A DNA stretch of 64,000 bases, taken from contig NC_043005.1 of the NCBI RefSeq assembly GCF_006345805.1, positions 101,990,001 through 102,054,000 of the forward strand. The letters are read 5' to 3'. The stretch's first letter is position 1, and each line of letters begins with the position of its first letter. This document shows, in pieces, positions 10,850 through 24,133 of this stretch. Made by a program: the position numbers and the translations under genes. The notes beneath the pieces are model-generated. The model made no database searches, was not told the origin of the DNA, and saw only the letters and a list, made by a program, of their open reading frames with translations. The DNA is from Octopus sinensis. Taxonomy: Eukaryota.

Positions 10850-12365
10850 ATTTTTATTATTACTATTCTTTCGTAACACAATTTAGGTAAAAATGCATCG
10901 GAATCTTTAGTCATCTGTCAAGACACAACAGGGAACTCAAACAGATTATACTTTCCTTAATATGTGCGCTTTGCCAAACAAAGCTGTTTTTTGCAACACA
11001 TCAGCCTTGCATGGGATTTCTTCAAGAAGTCTTGAAGCTTCAACGTGATTGAGCGCAAAGCTCTGATCACCACTTGTATCACTTTTACATTACCCTCTCG
11101 CATTTCATACAGTCTTGCCATTTCCACTTTCAATTCCGAGTACTTGGTGATTTTTCAACTTCTTTACTCACAGCATTCATGTCATTTAGTATGGCTACAT
11201 CACTGATCTCACTGTATTTGTCTCTCTTATTCAATATAACAATATCCGGCCGACGGTGTCCGATTACACGATCTGTCTGGAAATCATAGTCCTAGAATAT
11301 CGTTACTTTTCCATCCACCTACATAACTTTACTTGGTACATGCTCATACCAGTTCTCTGTTACTTCATATTGGTATTTACAGCATAAGAGCCGATGAAGA
11401 TACACACACACACTTTATCGTGGTGGCGCTTGTATTCTTTTTGTGCAAGACTCTCACATCCCCTTACCAAGTTTATCACACTTTCAACACTCTTTCCACA
11501 AATTCTGCATTTCTGGATGTCAGAAGTTGTATAGATTTTATACTTCACTGAATTGGCAGCGAGAGCCTGGTTTTGTGCAGCATTGGTCAGGCTTTTGGTG
11601 CTACGATTCAAATTACTTCGCCCAAGTCATGCCCACGATTCTGTATTATCCTTAACGTCCTGTGTATTCCTTTCAAACTGTCCATGCATGCTCATTTCAA
11701 GGAGCTCTTCTTTTCTCTTTTCCTCAGCTCTTTGGGTAAACTCTGCCTTGCCCATCATTTCATCTGCATTTACACCCATATCTTTCGCGACATATTGCAT
11801 CACGTCTTCGTTACTATTTATCAAATACTCAACAAGCGTTCTCCTTTTACTCCTTATACAATGGTCTATACTAATTAGTCCTCTACCACCATTCTTTCTT
11901 CTCATATACAATCCGTTTACGTTTGCTTTAGGGCGTAGCGCCCATGCAGCGTCATCAACTCTCTCGTCCTTCTTTCCAGTGTTGATATTTCCTCCTTAGT
12001 CCATTTGAGGATGGGCGCATTATATCTGACCACCGCAGCTGCCCAGATATTCATTGTAGTAATCAAATCTTTGGCATTCCAGCTGGATTTCAACAACATC
12101 TTCACCCTTCTTTGATACGCCTTTCTGATGTTGACTTTCATTTCTCTGCGTAAAATGTAATCCATCTCCAAAATCCCTAAATATCTAAAACCAATACCGT
12201 TGGGTTTCCCCATGGTCCCTCCTGATGGTAACCGCAGTCCTCTACACGCTGATTTCTTCCCTAATTTCTTATTAAGTACTGAACATTTAGTAATCCCAAA
12301 TTCCATACCAATGTCCCTACCACACTTCTGGACTGTTTTAGTTAAGGAATCTATCTGATTTTTTC
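10850..12365 (-). mobile_element. 5'-truncated decayed R4/Dong-like non-LTR retrotransposon
   Basis: RT end (MEFGITKC, YLGILE, GGRGLISI), CCHC knuckle (CRICGKSVESVINLVRGCESLAQKEYKRHHDKV), REL endonuclease region and its own AAT-rich tail at ~10850-10870. Confidence 0.9.
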
Positions 12366-12419
12366 AGATTTCAGAGCCCAGTAGTGCAATTTTCTGTGTT
12401 TTTGTTATGTATTTGAATA

Positions 12420-12433
12420 TTTTTTTATCATCA

Positions 12434-12475
<42 letters not shown>

Positions 12476-12501
12476 ATTATCATCATCATCATCATCATCG
12501 A

Positions 12502-12588
<87 letters not shown>

Positions 12589-13495
12589 CATTATTTCATA
12601 TATGCACAACAGATTAGATTGTTGAAAAAATACCCTCAACAGACTACAACAGTTAACCTTCAACGCGAAGAACCTTCCTAAGTATGCTAGAAGTCCTTAA
12701 TGATACATTTTTATGGTGGTGCATAATATAGTTTTTATGCCTATTCCTCAAGCCATTTGTTCAAGTCTTCATGAATAATTCTCATCGTACCGATGATTAC
12801 AGGGATATATCTTTATCTGCACTTTTCATAACCTCTGTAACTCAATGACTAGGACCTGGCTCTTTATTATTGTCTCTGTACCACTCATATACCTATTTTC
12901 AGCACTTCGAGCTATAAAGTGTGTCCTAACTTCTATTAATTTATCAGTCTTAATGTTAAGATCCCACAACATCGTATATTTCTTACTTTCTAGTACTTTA
13001 TTAGGTTCATGTTCATACCGATTATCAGTATGGTCAAGTCCTAGCTTTCTGCATAAGTCCTTGTGGATATATTTTCTTTATAGTGTCTTGTTTTTTCTTT
13101 TTATTGTTACTGCATCAACTTGCTGCTTTCACTTAGTATATAAGTAACATTTTCCTTTTTCGATTTAGATAACCTAGATTGAGAATATACCTGGGTTTTG
13201 GCAATCTTGGTTTTTATCCAGCTTGTCCTTAATGCTTGATCTTGTGCTGCTAATAACAAATTTCCTGTCTCATTTTTAGCCTTCTTCTCTGCAGCCATAA
13301 ATGTCTTGCTACTAGTATTTCCTGAAACTATCTTTAGGAATCCATTCAAATCCTACTCTTTCCATTAAGATAAATTTTCGTCTTTTTCTTGTTATTAACT
13401 TTATTTGGCCTTTTGGTTTCCCTGTCTTCAACTCTTACTCTAGCAGCTCTTATTAAACCTTCTTCAGCATTACCTACATAGAAGGTAGCACCATT
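12420..13495 (-). mobile_element. Second R4/Dong-like LINE copy with (AAT/GAT)n at its 3' side
   Basis: ETGNLLLAAQDQALRTSWIK, HEPNKVLE..KYTMLWDLNIKTDK; many stop codons. Confidence 0.85.
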
Positions 13496-13740
13496 TTCAT
13501 GGTGATCTGGTTATGTATTTCCCTGTATATGTTTAACCATGCCTATTGCTACTGTTACTATAGGGATTATTTCTCATTCGGATTATCTCTATTTCCAGAT
13601 CTTTGTATTTTTGTGTCACATTTGGAGATACATTTGATCTTTCGAAACTTCATCTCTTTATCTGTGTATATAGGAATATGCCAAAATATTGTTGCTTTGT
13701 CATTCTCTGAGACGTTTTCCTGGGATATGCCTACGCCATC
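13496..13740 (-). mobile_element. Third R4/Dong-like fragment
   Basis: ENDKATIFWHIPIYTDKE and frameshifted KYKDLEIEI; preceded on the minus strand by (AAT)n at 13740-14070. Confidence 0.75.
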
Positions 13741-13767
13741 TATTATTATTATTATTATTATTATTAA

Positions 13768-13810
<43 letters not shown>

Positions 13811-13939
13811 GTTATTATTATCATCATTATTATCATTATTATTGTTATTATCATTATTATTATTATTATTGTTATTATCATCATTATTATCATTATTATT
13901 ATTATTATCATCATAATCGTTATTATTATATTATTATTA

Positions 13940-13977
<38 letters not shown>

Positions 13978-14392
13978 CATTATTATCATAAATTATAATT
14001 ATTATTATCATCATCATCATCCTCAACTTCATCACCATTATCATCATCATCGTTATTATTATTATTATTAGCAGTAGTAGTAGCAGTATTAGTAGTGGTA
14101 GTAGTAGTAGTATTGTTATTACGAGGGTGATTTATGGATAATAAAAACGAACGTTATTTCAACTAGATTCACAATATTCATTCTCTCATTCTTTCTTTGC
14201 ACAATCTCTCTCTCAATAATTTTGATATTAATGTATCCAATATAACCAATGTCCTACGTCATCAATATCATCAGAGTTATCATCATGATTGTTATCGTCG
14301 TAGTCGTCATCGATATCGTTAGTCGATATAATCAGTATTTATTCCTGTGATTACAACACGAATGTATTTCTTCCTGTTCTCAAAATTTCTTC

Positions 14393-14440
<48 letters not shown>

Positions 14441-14571
14441 TATATCATACATCATATATCACATACATGCACGCACATATATATATATATATATATTATA
14501 TATCATATATATACAGAAGGAGAGAGAAAGTGTATATATAAATACACATACATATGTATATATACACACAC

Positions 14572-14603
<32 letters not shown>

Positions 14604-14620
14604 ATATATATATACTATAT

Positions 14621-14668
<48 letters not shown>

Positions 14669-15705
14669 GATATATATATATATAATATATGCATATATAA
14701 TATATATATATAATATATATAGGTGTGTGTGTGTGTATACATATATGTATACGTATAAGCTATGTTTCCAATATTCAGTCAGTAACACCAAGCAATGTAA
14801 AAAAAGTAAAATAAAAGAAAAACCCAAACAACAGGCACACAGCTTCATTGAAGTAAAACATTTAAAATTGTTATTGGTGATTTTATGGTTTCTTTTACGA
14901 TTCTTCTTTTCATCCGTTTGTTTCAGAGACATTTTAAGATAGTTCTTGTTTTGTTTTGTTGTTTATAGTTGTTATACTGTAAATAAATTTATGATATTCC
15001 TTATAGAAACACTGCAAAAATTAACAAAACAATACAGGAAACAACACTAGAACACACGAAAAACAAACGAAATTTGTCCATCTTAAAGCACCATGGCTAC
15101 CATCATATTTGTATTATGGCACGAACTGTGATAACTACCAACGTAACCTACGTCGCCATCTTCTCTAAAACAACAGTTATTATCACTAAACTCTTACTGC
15201 TACATAGCATATAACCATCACACACAAAGTTACTACATCCACCTCTACTGTCAACCATTACCAACGCTAACTTCATCATCATCATCATCATTACCATTTA
15301 TGTTAACAAAATCATCATTATCATTATCATCATCATCTGACACATCCACTCTCTGTTACTAATATTTTCTTTATAACAACTCCTCAACATCAATAACAAT
15401 ACGGATAAACAACACGTGAAAAATCTCATCAAATAACAAACACTGAACAGCAAATCAACAATTTTTCTTCACACACAACACACACACACACACACACACA
15501 CAAGTGACCACATACACACACACACTTATATATATATATATATATGCGCATATGCATATACATATATAATTATACATACATACATACATATATATATATA
15601 TAAATAAATATATATATATATATATGAACATACATAAATGGAAATATGTATGTTTGTATATGCTTCTGTATAGAAGTATATATGTGTATATGTATACGTA
15701 TGTGT

Positions 15706-15742
15706 CTATCTATCTATCTATATCTATCTATCTATCTATCTC

Positions 15743-15776
<34 letters not shown>

Positions 15777-15799
15777 ACTATCTATCTATCTATCTATCT

Positions 15800-15831
<32 letters not shown>

Positions 15832-16100
15832 CTATCTTCTATCTATCTATCTATCTAGTCTATCTATCTATGTTGTCTGTCTGTTCTAGTCTATGTTTCT
15901 AATCATATGTGTGGTTGTGTGTGTATGGTATGTATGTATGTATGTATGAGTGTATGTATGCATGTATGTGTGTATGCATGTATGTGTGCTTGTATGTATG
16001 TGTGTATGTATGTATGTGTGTATGTATGCATGTATGTATGCATGCATGTATGTGTGTATGCATGTATGTGTGCTTGTATGTATGTGTGTATGTATGTGCG
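15706..16100. repeat. (TCTA)n and (TGTA)n microsatellite block
   Basis: Direct reading. Similar blocks at 27900-28215, 29565-29735 and 58700-58980. Confidence 0.95.
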
Positions 16101-16422
16101 TATTGAAGCGAAATAAAATTCATGGAAACAATACATAAAAATATAACGAAGCAAGAATCACGTAAAAACAATGCTGGCAAGAATGAAAATGGCCAACGTG
16201 AGGAAGAACATCTACTTGAATATCAATAACAATAAGAGAGGTAATACGACACCTTGTGTGACACGAGAAATAATACAATATGTTCGTGATATTGATTAGT
16301 ATCGTGATTTTAGTAAAGTTTATGACCGGCAGAGGGCAGCAGTCATTCAATGTTTGTTTTTACTTCCTCTTTGGTTCATTTCCGACATCTCTCAGAAAGC
16401 AGTATCCACACATAAGCATAAC

Positions 16423-16460
<38 letters not shown>

Positions 16461-16928
16461 GTGTATAAGTATATATACATGCATATGTGCGCGTGTATGT
16501 GTGTGTGTGTGTGTTTGTGTTAGTGTGTGTTTGTCTGTGTGTATGAAGATGAGAGAAGGGAGGGAAAGAGATCTATTGTACATCAGTTCATATGTATAAA
16601 AAATATATATATTTACAAGGGCATATAAAGAGGAAATAACATATGTGCATACGCACACACACACACATATACACACACACAACACCCTCCGACAGACATA
16701 TATGTATTCATATCTAACATATATGTTACATGTCTGTTTATGAGTGGTTACATTTGTGCGTTTATAGTATATAAACGCATCTACTGAAATATGTTTTACG
16801 TGTCTATATCTCAGCAGTAATATCAGAATACATTTCCAATGTCCAAAGTTATGAACATCACTCTAAAAATCAAATACAACCCCATCTCAGCCCCCACCAC
16901 CGCTTTCTCTCGTTCTGTCTCTGTCTCA

Positions 16929-16963
<35 letters not shown>

Positions 16964-17578
16964 CCCTTCCTCTCTCTGACTCACTTCTAACCCATATAAC
17001 TAATTTAACTTTCTTTTCTTTTATCTCTATGGTTTTCCATTGTGATTCCCTGAATGGGATTCTGATTTTGAAAAATATTAAACAACTTAACAACGTAATT
17101 CTCTACAAGCTAACGTCCAGGTAATATACTTCATCCTATCCAACCGACTTGACTTTCTCCTGGAATATATTGTTTCGGAATGGCTATTATGTTCCGAATA
17201 CCAATTCGTGCGTTATTATTATATTTTTAAGAGGTTTTATTATGGTAACTAATGGTAACTATATTGTCTAAGATCAAATCTTATTGATATTGATTTGTCA
17301 TTTATATCCTCGGAATCAAGTTAATGATGAATATAATGGTTTCTAAATTTGGCTGAAGGGCATTTTAGTCGATAATATTGATCGCAATATTTTATTTTAT
17401 CGACCCTGGAAAGCTGAAAAGTAAAGTCTACCTGAGGTGATATCCGATCTTAGAATCTAGTTAGACATGTTGTACATCACTAAATAATTGTATATATATA
17501 TATATACCGGAGTAAGCACATAAATGTGAAACTAGGTGTAAAAAAGAGTACTCAAATACCAGAGGCAGAGTAATATGT

Positions 17579-17732
17579 TTTATTTAAAAGCAGCAGAAAT
17601 ATACCAAAAGCTGTTATTCAGTTTCACGTTATCATTCGTCGGACAGTTTTTTTCAACAAAGACTGTCCGACGAACTGGAACGTGAAGCTCTGAGTAATAG
17701 CTTTTGATATATTTGTGCTTCTTTTAAATAAA
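17579..17732. mobile_element. Short fold-back with hammerhead-like motifs in both arms (family D)
   Basis: Arms 17579-17647 and 17662-17732. Right arm: ACTGT-CCGACGA-actggaacgt-GAAGC-tctga-GTA-ATAG. Left arm (-): ACTGT-CCGACGA-atgataacgt-GAAAC-tga-ATA-ACAG. Confidence 0.6.
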
Positions 17733-17967
17733 GTGTATATATATATAATATATATATATATATATTAAATATATATATATATATATTTATAATAGCATAT
17801 ATATATATATATATATATTATATATTATAATAATATTTATATATATACATACATACATACATATATTCCCATACATACATACATACATCATACTTACGTG
17901 ACCTCGTGTGCACCGTTGGCGATTTTTTTCCTCTGACTTCCCTTCTCTGGATCTTTCCTTCTCGTAT

Positions 17968-18002
17968 GTTTCCGACGAAGAGCTCCGCTCGAAACGTTAA
18001 AC
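17968..18002 (+). ncRNA. Ultra-minimal hammerhead candidate (family H), CCGA core variant
   Basis: GTTT-CCGACGA-A-GAGC-tcc-GCTC-GAAAC-GTT-AAAC. Stem I GTTT/AAAC, stem II GAGC/GCTC; stem III is only the ACGT palindrome. Confidence 0.5.
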
Positions 18003-18198
18003 CCTCCTTCTCTCCTTCTTTCCTGAGCGTCAAATAATGCTATATTTGTTCCACGTCCTCGCGTTGGTGTTTTTTTGTGCTTTCTTGTTTGGATTAACTT
18101 CCTATATATATATAATATATATATATATTATATGTATATATATATATATATATAATATATATATATACATATATATTATATATATATGTGTGTGCGTG

Positions 18199-18238
<40 letters not shown>

Positions 18239-19147
18239 TAATATTATATAATATATATATATATATATTATATTGTGCTACCCTCTATCAATGGGCCCCT
18301 CTATCAACGTGCCATTATTTAGTACATGTAGATAATAAATGATAACTCTGTTTTCGAAATCATCAAAATATCATTTTACTCTATCGAAGTTCATATTTAT
18401 TTTTCTGACAATATAATGATCTTGTAGTCTACATATGGCAGTATAATGATGTTACTTATCTCTATCATAATTCTAACTAATTTCGAAGAAAAGCGATAAG
18501 TCACTTATACAGACTCTAGAGCTTGATGGTATTTTACTTTATTTTATCGACCACGAAAGGATGAAAGTCAAACTCGACCTACGCGAAACTTAACCATAGA
18601 ACGTAAAGTTGGAAGAAACGCAGCTAATTTGAGAGACTACCTTATGTGTGATTGATTTTTAATTAACAGAATTTCTTTAAATGTAAATGATGATTTCATG
18701 TGTTTTCATGGGAAATAAAATATCCGGTACAAGCTATATTGATTTTCTCTCCATAACTCTTGTAAAGTATCTCTGGAGTATGATGAGTCCTACTCCACAT
18801 TTGAGAAAGGGCTTAACTACTCACGATCTGTCATATGAAAACAAAGCATATGAAGATAAGAGGCAGAATTTAATGACCATCTAAATTAAATTTACATATT
18901 TTCTGAAACGAAAACAAATATTTCCCCTTTCATTTTTCATAAAACTCATTTTAAGTAGAATGATGACTCACGCATCACATGACGTTTTCCAAAGAACAGG
19001 AGTCACATAAACTTGCAATCCTAAACCATATTCATATGATCTATCTACGTTTTAATCTATTGGCATGCAGAAACTCTGAGCTATGACTCATTAATTCCTC
19101 CCTTCTTATGCCTCACATTTCCTTTTATTTTTCATTATTTACCATTG

Positions 19148-19339
19148 GAATCGACGAGGAACCGGAGAAGGATTCTGGATTACTTTTCCGTTTTCTAACT
19201 TAATTTTTGAGAGCGATCGTGGTCCTTTTTAGTATTCTCGTTTGTGAGAGCAGTCTCTATAGGAGCCATATGCTTATTTAAAAAATTAAGGACGTTGGAG
19301 TTGCCTTGGCGGAGATTCGCGCTCTCTGAGTGCTCTTGT
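19148..19339 (-). mobile_element. Partial Helentron/HINE-like element
   Basis: Reverse complement of the 5' part of the element at 61827-62166 (ACAAGAGCACTCAGAGAGCGC..CTCCGCCAAGGCAAC). Confidence 0.55.
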
Positions 19340-19429
19340 AAATTTTTATGCTCGTTTCTTTCTTTTTTGTACCGCTTCGGTTCGTTTCTCGGTCTTCCTC
19401 TATTTCTTCCTACATTCCATAATCGAGCA

Positions 19430-19479
<50 letters not shown>

Positions 19480-19594
19480 ATATATATATATATTATATAT
19501 ATAATATAATTCGAGACAAAACCACTATTTTGCAAAACAAACAAGGAAAGACTTAATCAATACATAAAAATTTTTAATATAAAGAAATAAACCG

Positions 19595-19637
19595 CCACTA
19601 CAATCGTTTCATGTCTTCAATGACATTCGTCAGGTGG
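19595..19637 (-). ncRNA. Type I hammerhead ribozyme candidate (left arm)
   Basis: CCAC-CTGACGA-ATGTC-attgaa-GACAT-GAAAC-gatt-GTA-GTGG: all core nucleotides canonical. Confidence 0.85.
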
Positions 19638-19709
19638 ATTTTCGATCTCCTAATCTGTTTTAATTTAATTAAATTAAATTAAATTAAAACAGATTAGGAG
19701 ATCGAAAAT

Positions 19710-19751
19710 CCACCTGACGAATGTCATTGAAGACATGAAACGATGTAGTGG
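19710..19751 (+). ncRNA. Type I hammerhead ribozyme candidate (right arm)
   Basis: CCAC-CTGACGA-ATGTC-attgaa-GACAT-GAAAC-gat-GTA-GTGG. Predicted cleavage after 19747. Confidence 0.85.
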
Positions 19752-19920
19752 CGGTTTATTTCTTTATATTAAAAATTTTTATGCATTGATTAAGTCTTCC
19801 CTTATTGTTTTGCAAAACTGGTTTTGTCTCGAATTATATTATATAATATTTTACTATAAAATGGATTTAATTCTAAATCTGATTTTTCCCTGTAAATTTG
19901 GATTTATTCCCTAATAATAT

Positions 19921-19967
<47 letters not shown>

Positions 19968-20046
19968 CTCACTCTTGTCACTGTCTTATTGTCCCTATTT
20001 TCTCATTTCTCGTGCCAGTCTTGCACAAATGTAGAAAACACTATAT

Positions 20047-20433
20047 TTTTTCTTTACTACCCACAAGGAGCTAAACACATAGGGGACAGACAAGGACAGA
20101 CAAAGGGATTAAGTCGATTACATCGACCCCAGTGCGTAACTGGTACTTAATTTATCGACCCCGAAAGAATGAAAGGCAAAGTCGACCTCGGCGTAATTTA
20201 AATTCAGAACGTAGCGGCAGACGAAATACCGCGAAGCATTTCGCCCGGCGTACTAACGCTTCTACCAGCTCGCCGCCTTGCTAATGATAATAATGATTCT
20301 TTTAATGATAGGCACAAGGCCTGGTAATAATAAGTCGACCTTGGCGGAATTTGAACTCAGAACGTAACGGCAGACGAAATAGGGCTACGCATTTCGCCCG
20401 GCGTGCTAACGATTCTGCCAGATCGCTGCCCTG
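20047..20433 (-). mobile_element. Compound SINE B insertion (partial head + spacer + full copy)
   Basis: Single 17-bp TSD TGTAGAAAACACTATAT at 20030-20046 and 20434-20450. Confidence 0.85.
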
Positions 20434-20744
20434 TGTAGAAAACACTATATCGCCAATTTCACAATACTTTATTGATAGGAGTTTGGATATATGTATTCTC
20501 ATTCGAAAGTTAAGTGATACTTAAACCTATTTTCACTACACAACAAGAGACGCTACATTATTATTTACAACTATATTTCTACTAATTACATTCTCATAGA
20601 AACCACCAATTCGCCCCCTCTTTGTTATACAATCCGAAAGATTAATGAACTGTTTCAGAAACTAGATATACATCAATATGCGAATGGCGGCATTTATATC
20701 AGGAAATAAGTTCTTTAATGATTACACTTCTTGTCATCTCACAA

Positions 20745-20975
20745 GGCGGCGAGCTGGCAGAAACGTTAGCACTCCGGGCGAAATGCATAGCCGTATTTCG
20801 TCTGTCGTTACGTTCTGAGTTCAAATCCTGCTGAGGTCGACTTTTCCTTTCATCCTTTCGGGGTCGATAAATTAAGTACCAGTTTCGCACTGGGATCGAT
20901 GTAATCGACTTAATCCCTTTGTCTGTCCTTGTTTGTCCCTTCTGTGTTTAGCCCCTTGTGGGCCGTAAAGAAATA
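20745..20975 (+). mobile_element. SINE family B, full length
   Basis: GGCGGCGAGCTGGCAGAAACG ... GTAAAGAAATA. Confidence 0.92.
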
Positions 20976-21836
20976 AATAATCTCAGCACTGCGTTCAATT
21001 TATAGTGGTGCTAATTCTGATGTTATGATTTAACGATGGGATAACCCTGATCACCAGAACTATGTTGCAGCTACGATCATCCTGTATTGTCCATTAGGGT
21101 TTCAATTTTTAAAACAATGCAGTATGATGTTGAGGAAAACTTAGCTGCTATTTTTAACCGGCGAGCAACTGCATATATGCATCAATTGCTGTTGTTGCTG
21201 TTACTTTTGACGTATTGTATAGCCCCAGATAGGCTCTGATCGATCGCGCATATGAACAAAGCCATTACAGAAACAGCGAACTACTGACCACATTATCTAA
21301 TGCCTTTTATAATAGTAGGAAGGGATTTGATGAAGAGCTGGCTACAATCTCTAACATGTTGAACTGAATCATTGAAGTATAGATACCTGATGTGGGAACT
21401 TGAGCGAGAAAGCTTGGAGATCTGACAGCATCTCTCATTCGGCTTTTCAGTATAATAATAATTTAAACAAGAATATCCAGATTCTTATAAATAATTCAGA
21501 ATGGTAAAGCCTGCAGGCGAGCGTTCGGCATGATTATGAAAATAACAAGGATGCAAGACGCCGATGCTCGTCACAGGCTATCAGAGCATAAAATTGGATA
21601 AGAGTAGCGCACGCGCATTCACCCTCATACATGTATGCGCATATGTGTGCGTGTGCGTGGGCGCACACACACACACATATATATAAATATATATATTTAT
21701 TTATGTATATATACATATATGTATGAATATATATATATATTGATGTACATGCATATATATATATATGCATGCATTTATATATACCTATATGTATGTATAT
21801 ATCTATCTATCTATCTATCTATCTATCTCCCTCTCC

Positions 21837-21893
<57 letters not shown>

Positions 21894-21942
21894 TGTATAC
21901 ATATGCCTGTGTATTTTTGTATGTATGTATGATTACACACAG

Positions 21943-21984
<42 letters not shown>

Positions 21985-22491
21985 TGTATTGATTATATCT
22001 AATCTTATAAGAAAGTAGGTGATTACCGCAAATATTTATCTCCTTACCTCAAAATACGGTTTTGTACAAGTAAGATATCGTTATAACGGTTACTTGACAA
22101 CGGTTTCTATATATTGCTACTCGTCAGTGTTGTCTTCTGATATGGGAAGAGTAATAACAGATAAAATATTTCATGCATTAGAATTGTGTCACAGTCTTTG
22201 AATAACAATGTTATAATTACACTTAATTAAAACGCATTTATATTTGTATTTTTCTGTCAAGTCGATGACAACGTGTATTTTTACTGTTGTGATATTAAAA
22301 ATCGGCAATAGCTTTGCACTATTTTGTTTAATTATAGGGATTTTTTCATGTTTCATTTAATTGGAAAATTATTTGTAGAAACTGCTTATATATGATATAT
22401 AGTTAATTAACAAATGATATCGTATGTAATATTGCAAATTACGTTTCGATGTTTAGGGGGAATTGACATTTTTTGTTTCTGTTTATGTATG

Positions 22492-22893
22492 TATTTCTTT
22501 ACTACCCACAAGGGGATAAACATAGAGGGGACAAACAAGGACAGACAAACGGATTAAGTCGATTACATCGACCCCAGTGCGAAACTGGTACTTAATTTAT
22601 CGACTCCGAAAGGATGAAAGGCAAAGTTGACCTCGGCGGAATTTGAACTCAGAACGTAACGGCAGACGAAATACCTATTTCGTTACTACCCACAAGGGGC
22701 TAAACATAGAGGGGACAAACAAGGACAGACAAAAGGATTAAGTCGATTACATCGACCCCAGTGCGAAACTGGTACTTAATTTATCGACCCTGAATGGATG
22801 AAAGGTAAAGTCGACCTCGGCGGAATTTGAACTCAGACGAAATACCGCTAAGCATTTCGCCCGGTGCGCTAACGTTTCTGCCAGCTCGCCGCC
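22492..22893 (-). mobile_element. SINE family B head-to-tail dimer
   Basis: Full copy (22893 to ~22675) followed by a 5'-truncated copy; degenerate 18-bp TSD at 22473-22490 and 22895-22912. Confidence 0.85.
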
Positions 22894-23226
22894 ATTGTTT
22901 CTATTCATGTATAATAAATGCCGGTATTAGGAAGGCGATAACAAGCGAGGGGTCTTGTACGTTTGATCGTTTGCATATTTCAATATAGCTGAATGATCCT
23001 TCTTTCGTTTCAGTCAGATGTGCAAGTAGAGTTTGAATATTTCAATCTCTCATTCCTCAGATATCAGATTAACACGTATATAGATATGGACGATAGTTAA
23101 TTTTTCCCCAGTACATTCAAACTATACTTATATAATTCAATATTTGCATGTTATATTAAAAGATTTAAAAATGGATAGTAAATTAAGAATTAATTTACAC
23201 TTAAGAATTATGAATGCAATATTGTA

Positions 23227-24133
23227 TGAGATGGCATCACAAAGTTCCTGGACTAGTTTATGTTTAATAAAGAAATAACTTATGTACCTAAGTTTTTACA
23301 CCCTCTCTTTCGAAATAGTCACTTTGCGCAGCGATTTAGCGGCCTCAGCGTTCCTGCCACATTTGGAATTCGGTCAGGAAGTAATTTTCCGCAAACGATT
23401 CGAGGACCTTCTGCGATTCCCTCTTGATCTCGACAAAGGTGTTAAAACGGCGACCTTTGAGCTACCTTTTCATCCTGGGGAAGAGCTGGAAGTCCGCAGA
23501 TTCTAAATCTGATGAATAGGGCGAATGCGGAAGCAATGCCATGTTTTTGGCTAGAAACTCACCCGTGAGTTCAGGGACAAGGTGCATTGCCGTCGTGAAG
23601 AATCCAATTTTCGCGCTTCCCAGATCCGGTTGCTTCCGCCGAATGCCCTCCCTCAACGCTTCAAAATATCGTTGAGTGTTCTCTGACGTTCCACATGCAC
23701 AAACTGGTGACCACATTTCCGATGGTGACGATTGCGGTAAGGCCTTCCAGATCGCTCATCGTCTTCCTTCAACGATCTTCCGATTTTGATACGTCTATGC
23801 CTCTGGAAACTTTGCATAAAACTCCTTGCCTTGTCACCGTAAGTTTGCCGACGCATGCTCAATGACTCTGTAGCAGACTTCTTAAGTTTATTTAACGTGA
23901 CATTTCCCGTTGGATCATTGTTCCAGCTTCCTGTTCAAGAGAAAAATCGCAGACTACAGCATACACATGATGACTAAAACACAAATTTCATAACTTGCAA
24001 AGTAAACACAATGGTGTCACTCGGCACACTGTATCATGAAGGTCACTGCTAGCTCGCAATGTTCACGCAACCATTTGATACCATCTGCTACCTTGATACA
24101 GAAATAATCCGGGAACGTTTTGATATCGTCTCG
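23227..24133 (-). mobile_element. Internally deleted mariner element
   Basis: ~30-bp imperfect TIRs flanked by TA. Translation LLPHSPYSSDLESADFQLFPRMKR resembles the HPPYSPDLAP motif; also EDDERSGRP. Confidence 0.88.

Larger units (their letters stand above)
19501..19842. mobile_element. Near-perfect ~340-bp palindrome with a hammerhead ribozyme motif in each arm
   Basis: 19501-~19668 is the reverse complement of ~19675-19842; centre is (TTAAA)n; (TA)n arrays lie on both sides. Confidence 0.9.

Noticed and set aside
18750-18884. Possible terminal exon ending ...SYENKAYEDKRQNLMTI*
   Set aside because: Weak AAG acceptor and no recognisable homology.
22048-22136. Minus-strand segment with strong acceptor and donor
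   Set aside because: Stops in all three frames; expected by chance in 64 kb without transcript data.
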